Below are positions 57,881 to 64,000 of a stretch of DNA of 64,000 bases, piece by piece. The notes under the pieces are model-generated. The model was given only the letters and a program-made list of their open reading frames with translations, searched no databases and was not told where the DNA came from. A program made the position numbers and the translations under genes. The stretch lies in NCBI GenBank assembly GCA_038320345.1, contig JBBQED010000004.1, forward strand, positions 256,678 through 320,677, given 5' to 3'. The stretch's first letter is position 1. The number at the start of each line of letters is the position of its first letter. The DNA comes from Bacteroidia bacterium. Lineage in GTDB: Bacteria; Bacteroidota; Bacteroidia; AKYH767-A; OLB10.

Positions 57881-59353
57881 CTAATTACTTTGATCAACCG
57901 GAAGGTGGAAGGTAAAGGTACTACCGATGTTTACTTGCGTTTGCAATTCGAGGGAAGAATGGTGAAGGTCGAGTATTTTTTTTACGATTGCTAATCCTAA
58001 TCCTGTAGTGTTCTTGGTATTGATAAAGTGATTTGCCTTGTAATAGCGTCCGAAAATTTGGTCCCGCTCGTTTTCAGGTATTCCAATTCCAGTATCTGTA
58101 ACTGAAACTTCCACTTCATGACCATTTTTGCAAGTCTTGATTATTATTTTCCCACCAGCGGGTGTAAATTTCAATGCATTGTCAATAAGGTTTTGCATAA
58201 CGCGCTCAATGAGTGCAACATCTGCAAATACAAAAGGTAATTCTTTGGATAGCACTGTGTGGATGGAGATGTTCTTAGCATTTGCAATCAATTGATATTT
58301 ACCGCTGATATCATTAATAAGCTCACTGATAAAAAATGGTTCTTTTTTAGGTTCCACTTGGTTAGCCTCTAATTTTGATAACTCAAAAAGTTCTGATACT
58401 AGTTTTTCTAATTTAACAGTGCTTTCTGAGATAGTTTGGAGAAAACGTTTACGTTCTTCAACCGTAAGCGTATCAGCTTTTATTTGTAAGGTTTCAATAT
58501 AACCCTGTATGATGGAAATAGGTGTTCTTAAATCATGTGAAACATTGGCTACTAATTCACGTCTTAAAATTTCCACTTGCTCCAATTTTTCCACATTGCT
58601 TGTTAAAATGTCAGCCATTTCGTTAAAAATAATCGCCATTTGTTCCAAATCACCTGTTGATTGTACTTTAACCCGTGCATTTAAATCACCTTCCCGAAAT
58701 TTTTGCATCACTTCAATAATCCTAGAAAAATTATTGGTGATCACACGAATAATAATAAGTCCAACTAAAAAAGTAGCCAGTAAAGTAAGAATCATAGTTT
58801 GCGAACCCACTTGCAATAAATAACTACGAGAAACCCTCTTAGATTCTACATCGAATTCTTCTCCAGCAAGCACCACATAAATATATCCCGATTGGATACC
58901 ATTACTTATGACAGGAGCTGCAGAAAATATTTTATCTACTCCAGGATGACGCGGGTCATTTCCAGTTACAAATTGCTCTCCTAAGGTGCTAATAAAGATT
59001 TTTACTGGAGTTAAATTTATTTTATCAAGAACAATTTTCTTTTCAGGTGCATAATAAGATAAAATTTTACCCTCATTATTTAAAAGGTAAACCTCCAAAC
59101 TTGGATTGATGGACATGATATGATCAAATGTTTCCTCCATCGCTTTTTCATTTATCTTACCATTCGTGAATGGAGTAGAATGTCTGGCAATATCCGCAGC
59201 AATACTTTTATTCAAATGTTGATTGACTTCTTTAAAATAGAGGCTTGAATAATGAAGTGTTATAAAAACATAAGCAAGACCGATGAATCCCAACAGTACA
59301 AAGAATACCGCTGAGATTCGCCAGAATAAATTATTGAATTTACTTTTTGACAT
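57881..59353 (-). CDS. HAMP-domain sensor histidine kinase
   Basis: Two TMs around a periplasmic domain; HAMP; 'ANVSHDLRTP'; 'NLIDNALKF', 'DTGIG', 'TGLGL'. Confidence 0.9.
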   Translation of the reverse strand: MSKSKFNNLFWRISAVFFVLLGFIGLAYVFITLHYSSLYFKEVNQHLNKSIAADIARHSTPFTNGKINEKAMEETFDHIMSINPSLEVYLLNNEGKILSYYAPEKKIVLDKINLTPVKIFISTLGEQFVTGNDPRHPGVDKIFSAAPVISNGIQSGYIYVVLAGEEFDVESKRVSRSYLLQVGSQTMILTLLATFLVGLIIIRVITNNFSRIIEVMQKFREGDLNARVKVQSTGDLEQMAIIFNEMADILTSNVEKLEQVEILRRELVANVSHDLRTPISIIQGYIETLQIKADTLTVEERKRFLQTISESTVKLEKLVSELFELSKLEANQVEPKKEPFFISELINDISGKYQLIANAKNISIHTVLSKELPFVFADVALIERVMQNLIDNALKFTPAGGKIIIKTCKNGHEVEVSVTDTGIGIPENERDQIFGRYYKANHFINTKNTTGLGLAIVKKILDLHHSSLELQTQVNIGSTFTFHLPVDQSN

Positions 59354-60056
59354 TTGATTTGAATTCATCAGTAAACCGATACCCAATTCCCCAAGTTGTT
59401 AAAATGTATATTGGTTTACTCAAATCCGATTCAATTTTAGCGCGTAAACGATTGATATGAGAGTTTACGGTGTGATCATATCCGGCAAATTCATAACCCC
59501 AAACAAGGTTCAGTAAATTTTCACGTGAATAGCTTTTGCCTGGATTGGTAATAAACAAATAAAGCAAATCAAATTCTTTAGGGGTGAGCTCGATTTTATT
59601 CTTGCCCAGTAATACTTTTCTTTTTTGAATATCTACAGTTAGCTCACCCGAATATACTATTTCATTCGAAATTTCTAGAACATTTTTATTTATTTCTGTT
59701 CGACGTAAAATTGCTTTAACCCGCGCAATAAATTCACGAATACTGAATGGTTTGGTGAGGTAATCGTCTGCCCCTGTTTCTAATCCAATCACTTTATCAA
59801 TTTCTTCGGCGCGGGCGGTTAACATCATGATCGGAGTTGCAATATTTTCAACACGTAGTTTTTTGCAAATTTCGATTCCACTAATGTCCGGTAAATTGAT
59901 GTCCAGAATAATTAAGTCAAAAGTTTTCGTAAGTGCATGTTTGATCCCGTCTATACCGTTATTCGCTTTAGTAGTTATACAATGAATGTCTTTTAAATGA
60001 ATTTCGACTAATTCTAGAATGTCTTGATCATCTTCAATCATTAAGATGTTTTTCAT
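59340..60056 (-). CDS. OmpR/PhoB family response regulator
   Basis: 'IEDD', 'LDINLP', 'GADDYLTKPF', winged helix 'LTPKEFDLL', 'TVNSHINRLR.KIE', 'T.WG.GY'. Confidence 0.92.
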   Translation of the reverse strand: MKNILMIEDDQDILELVEIHLKDIHCITTKANNGIDGIKHALTKTFDLIILDINLPDISGIEICKKLRVENIATPIMMLTARAEEIDKVIGLETGADDYLTKPFSIREFIARVKAILRRTEINKNVLEISNEIVYSGELTVDIQKRKVLLGKNKIELTPKEFDLLYLFITNPGKSYSRENLLNLVWGYEFAGYDHTVNSHINRLRAKIESDLSKPIYILTTWGIGYRFTDEFKSNVKK

Positions 60057-60215
60057 TTTTTGTGCGACTATTTATAAATCTATGCAAATCTGCTAAATGG
60101 AGCCGAAACATAAAACTAATGAATTCTTGGAAAATTTTATAAAATGTGATAAAAAGAACAACGATACTTTAATGCCACCTTTTTCGATGCACCTAAAGTA
60201 AGAAAATGCTTTCAC

Positions 60216-60644
60216 TTACATTTTACTGTGCATCGGACAACTTTCGTTGCACAGATGTCCTGTTACATCATGAGGAATCATAGATATTTTGCCATCTTTC
60301 CCAATCATGCTGCCATTCATCAATTTCATAGTGGAACCATCCGCTTTTGTAACGGTTCCGTTTGTAGAAACCTTGGCACCACTACTTGTTGTGTAAATTT
60401 TTGTAAGGGGTGTACAGGTATTATTACTGCATACCATTGTTTTATTGTTAACCATCATCACGCCATCTCCCATTTTCATCGTTTTGCCGTCCATCATTTT
60501 CCCATCCTGCATTTTGTTATCCATTTTGGAATCGTTCATTTTGGCGGGTTCGCTTGTTGAGCCACTCATTTTTGAGCCTGAAGATTGAGCAAAAACGTTC
60601 GCTAAAAATAGAATTGCAAATGCTGTCAAAAGTAATTTTTTCAT
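60216..60644 (-). CDS. Secreted methionine-rich protein (DUF6799-like)
   Basis: 19-aa signal peptide; 'KMNDSKMDNKMQDGKMMDGKTMKMGDGVMM'; 'G.KV.TNGTV...DG'; C-terminal 'CNESCPMH'. Confidence 0.75.
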   Translation of the reverse strand: MKKLLLTAFAILFLANVFAQSSGSKMSGSTSEPAKMNDSKMDNKMQDGKMMDGKTMKMGDGVMMVNNKTMVCSNNTCTPLTKIYTTSSGAKVSTNGTVTKADGSTMKLMNGSMIGKDGKISMIPHDVTGHLCNESCPMHSKM

Positions 60645-60682
60645 TTTTTTTAGATTTTAATTGTTTGTTCACTTAATTTGAT

Positions 60683-60719
60683 TGCAAACATCTACTTTAA
60701 GTATAACGAAAGTATCACG
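60683..60719 (-). promoter_or_regulatory. Direct-repeat operator plus TTTG promoter element upstream of the Met-rich gene
   Basis: Minus strand CGTGATACTTTCGTTATAC-TTAAAGTAGATG-TTTGCA; same layout as 56026-56062. Confidence 0.65.
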
Positions 60720-61168
60720 GAAGGATAAACTTTTAAAAACTATCAAACTGACAGCAACCACCATTATTTTTAAAAAAATGTAAAAAGTAAAGTATTAAGG
60801 TTACATAAAATTGCACAATATCCACTCTTACCCGTTTAAAATTTGTTTATCTGCATCTATATTATTCTACCAAATTACTAACCCGTTGGGAAGGAAAAAT
60901 TGGCATGAATTGTTTTTAAAAATTCAATCCTACAATAAAAACAATTGTACATTAATATGTTCCACGCACAAATTTACACCTCTACTAATTGAAATTCGTA
61001 CCACATACATTGAACATCGAACTTAAAGCCTTAACCAATGAAAAACAAAAAACATGGAAAGGAGTATTCGCCTCGATAATAAGAAAATTCGCATTTCGAA
61101 GGTAAGTTGTGGTCAATATTTGATTAGTACGTAAGAATAGATTAGGTTTGTTCAAACTAAACAGCACT

Positions 61169-62632
61169 ATGGCCAATAATATCTTTGCTACAAAGTCTAT
61201 TTCGCTCTTAATGAAGGAGTCATCCGGAGGGAAAGATGGTGAACATACGCTCAAACGCACTCTCAGCAAATCCAACCTTGTACTTTTAGGGATCGGGGCT
61301 ATTATAGGTGCGGGGATTTTTGTGCTTACTGGGGCTGCTGCCTCCCAGCATGCTGGTCCTGCTGTGGTAATTTCATTTGTTGTTGCAGGCATAGCATGTG
61401 CCTTCGCCGGACTTTGTTATTCTGAATTCGCCTCTATGATCCCAATTGCGGGATCTGCCTATACTTATGCTTATGCTACTTTAGGCGAGTTCATCGCGTG
61501 GATCATTGGTTGGGATCTGATTCTCGAATATCTTTTTGGTGCCAGTACAGTTGCTGTAGGATGGTCGGGTTATGTAGTTAGTTTTCTGAAAGATTTCGGC
61601 ATTGTGATTCCGGAAAGTTTATGTAATGCACCCATTGCTTACGATACTTCATTGCATACCTATTCCATGACCGGTGCTTTTTTAAATATTCCTGCCATGT
61701 TTGTGATTGCGCTCATGACGTGGTTATTGGTAGTAGGAATTCGTGAGTCGGCAAATTTTAATAACATCATTGTGTATGTAAAACTTACGGTAATCCTACT
61801 CTTCATTTTTCTAGGTTGGAAATATATTAATGCTGATAACTGGACTCCATTCATTCCTGAAAACACAGGTGTATTTGGTGAATTTGGATGGAGTGGCGTA
61901 GTGCGTGCAGCAGGAATTATCTTCTTTGCCTATATTGGTTTTGATGCAGTATCTACCGCCGCTCAAGAAGCAAAAGATCCTCAGAAAGATATGCCATGGG
62001 GCATACTTGGTTCACTCGTGGTCTGTACGATCATTTATATTTTAGTTGGATTAGTCATGACTGGAATCGTACCTTATCTTCAGTTAAATGATCCTGCTCC
62101 TATTGCAGTTGCCATTAATGCTACTGGTGAAGGTTTAGCATGGTTTCGTCCTTTCATTAAAGTAGGTGCGATAGCAGGATTAAGTTCTGTGATCTTAGTA
62201 ATGTTAATGGGTCAGCCTCGAATTTTTTATTCAATGTCGAAAGATGGTTTATTACCTCCATCATTTAGTAAAGTACATCCGAAATACAAAACACCTTATA
62301 TCACTACAATATTAACAGGAGTAGTAGCCATGTTTGTAGCTGGATTATTCCCTATTGGATTATTAGGTGAACTAGTTTCTATCGGAACACTACTAGCGTT
62401 TGTTATAGTATGTGGTGGAGTTTTAGTGCTTCGTTACAAACAACCAGAATTGAATCGTCCATTTAAGACCCCATTATTCCCAATCACTCCAATTCTCGGG
62501 ATGCTTTCCGCTCTTGCCTTGATGTATTTTTTACCACTAGACACCTGGATCAGATTAATTGTATGGATGGCTATTGGTGTTATTATTTACTTCGGATATA
62601 GTCGTCGTCATAGCAAGATCAGTAATTCTTGA
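61169..62632 (+). CDS. APC family amino acid permease (cationic amino acid transporter-like)
   Basis: 'LGIGAIIGAGIF', 'YSEFAS.IP.AGSAY.Y', 'FFAYIGFD', 'RPFKTP'. Confidence 0.92.
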   Translation: MANNIFATKSISLLMKESSGGKDGEHTLKRTLSKSNLVLLGIGAIIGAGIFVLTGAAASQHAGPAVVISFVVAGIACAFAGLCYSEFASMIPIAGSAYTYAYATLGEFIAWIIGWDLILEYLFGASTVAVGWSGYVVSFLKDFGIVIPESLCNAPIAYDTSLHTYSMTGAFLNIPAMFVIALMTWLLVVGIRESANFNNIIVYVKLTVILLFIFLGWKYINADNWTPFIPENTGVFGEFGWSGVVRAAGIIFFAYIGFDAVSTAAQEAKDPQKDMPWGILGSLVVCTIIYILVGLVMTGIVPYLQLNDPAPIAVAINATGEGLAWFRPFIKVGAIAGLSSVILVMLMGQPRIFYSMSKDGLLPPSFSKVHPKYKTPYITTILTGVVAMFVAGLFPIGLLGELVSIGTLLAFVIVCGGVLVLRYKQPELNRPFKTPLFPITPILGMLSALALMYFLPLDTWIRLIVWMAIGVIIYFGYSRRHSKISNS

Positions 62633-64000
62633 TGGAAATAGAAAGCACAGTAAAGGAAGAGGAACAGCATTTTAAACGGTCTCTAGGATTATGGGATGCA
62701 ACGATGTTAGTTGCAGGTTCCATGATCGGTTCCGGGATTTTTATTGTTGCTGCTGATATGAGCCGGAATGTTGGCAGTAGCGGATGGTTACTTTTTCTTT
62801 GGGTAGTAAGTGGATTAATTACGGTGATGGCGGCTCTCAGTTATGGAGAACTCGCAGGGATGATGCCTGAGGCAGGTGGCCAGTTTGTATATATCCGCAG
62901 AGCTTGGGGAAATTTAACATCCTTCCTTTACGGATGGACTGTTTTCACGGTAATCCAAACGGGTGTGATTGCTGCCGTTGCTGTAGCATTTGCAAAATAT
63001 ACTGGAGTATTCTTTCCGTTTATTAGTGTTGACAATATCGTTGTTGATTTAGGAAATTTTAAAATTTCTACTGCTCAACTTTATGCAATTGCGAGTATTG
63101 TTTTGTTAAGTTGGATCAACAGCAAAGGAGTTAAGAACGGCAAAATGATTCAGTCGATTTTTACTTCTGCCAAGTTGTTGGCGTTACTTATGTTGATAAC
63201 GGCAGGCATAGCCGTAGCGATCCATGAACCATGGTTTACTGAAAATTTTACTGCGCCATGGAAAGCTACTCAGTCAATTCAACAAACGGATGGGAGCTGG
63301 ATCACTACTCGAGTGCAGGGAATCGCATTAATGCTTGCTTTAGGAACTGCGATCATTGGTTCTTTATTCTCGAGTGATGCCTGGAACAATGTAACTTTTA
63401 TTGCTGGTGAGATCCGTGATCCCAAGAAAAATATCCCGCTCAGTTTATTAATGGGAACAGGAATCGTAACGGTTTTGTATTGTCTTGCTAACATTGCTTA
63501 TCTCGGTTTACTTCCATTGCATGGTGATCCTAATGCAGCCGATGTGATTGGACAAGGAATTCAGTTTGCAAGTAATGATCGCGTAGGTACTGCAGCAGCT
63601 TCAAGTATTTTAGGTGATCGCTCTGTTTATCTTATGGCGGTATTAATTATGATCTCCACTTTCGGATGTAATAATGGAATCATTCTCTCCGGTGCAAGAG
63701 TCTATTATGCAATGGCGAAAGAAGGTCTCTTCTTCAAAAAAGCAGCAACATTGAATAAAGCGGATGTCCCTGGATTTGCATTGGGAATCCAAGCTGTTTG
63801 GGCAAGTATTTTATGTCTCTCCGGAACTTATGGAGATCTGCTGGATTATGTAACGTTTGCCTCTTTATTTTTCTACATCATCACCATAGCAGGATTATTT
63901 ATCCTCCGCAAAAAAGAACCCAATACAGAAAGACCATACAAAGTAATAGCCTATCCATTTTTACCAATTCTATATATTTTATTAGCTGTAACTATTTGTG
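62632..64000 (+). CDS. APC family amino acid permease (LAT-like), truncated by the window end; absent from the ORF track
   Basis: ATG overlaps the upstream TGA; MEIESTVKEEEQHFKRSLGLWDATMLVAGSMIGSGIF..., 'SYGELAGMMP.AGGQFVY', 'FSSDAWNNVTF', 'RPYK'. Confidence 0.9.
   Translation, partial: MEIESTVKEEEQHFKRSLGLWDATMLVAGSMIGSGIFIVAADMSRNVGSSGWLLFLWVVSGLITVMAALSYGELAGMMPEAGGQFVYIRRAWGNLTSFLYGWTVFTVIQTGVIAAVAVAFAKYTGVFFPFISVDNIVVDLGNFKISTAQLYAIASIVLLSWINSKGVKNGKMIQSIFTSAKLLALLMLITAGIAVAIHEPWFTENFTAPWKATQSIQQTDGSWITTRVQGIALMLALGTAIIGSLFSSDAWNNVTFIAGEIRDPKKNIPLSLLMGTGIVTVLYCLANIAYLGLLPLHGDPNAADVIGQGIQFASNDRVGTAAASSILGDRSVYLMAVLIMISTFGCNNGIILSGARVYYAMAKEGLFFKKAATLNKADVPGFALGIQAVWASILCLSGTYGDLLDYVTFASLFFYIITIAGLFILRKKEPNTERPYKVIAYPFLPILYILLAVTIC

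Overview
Chromosomal window from a Bacteroidota bacterium. The assignment rests on several T9SS C-terminal sorting domains, TAnnTTTG '-7' promoter elements, a short ~287-aa RpoD-type sigma factor, a homodimeric GlyRS and a long-form IspG. Housekeeping blocks (yceD-rpmF-plsX-fabH-accB-accC; lipB, ispG, glyS, iscS-like, nrdB, rpoD-like) alternate with accessory genes. These include six T9SS cargo proteins (one a phage-tail-fibre-like protein with an S74 intramolecular chaperone, two tandem M43 proteases), two ECF-sigma modules and a five-gene phosphorelay with no DNA-binding output. The most interesting locus is an AT-rich minus-strand cluster at ~53.6-60.7 kb. It encodes a secreted Met-rich protein, an OmpR-type two-component system, a cytochrome b plus molybdo-oxidoreductase pair (MsrPQ-like), lipoprotein MsrB and MsrA, and a CxxC DUF1223 protein. 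The promoters of msrB and of the Met-rich gene share an identically spaced 11-bp-period direct repeat plus TTTGCA, which suggests a co-regulated envelope methionine-sink/repair system. A structured Flavo-1-like RNA element lies at 30381-30570. No CRISPR array, tRNA, rRNA, integrase or transposase was recognised. All family assignments come from motif recognition by eye; no database searches were run.
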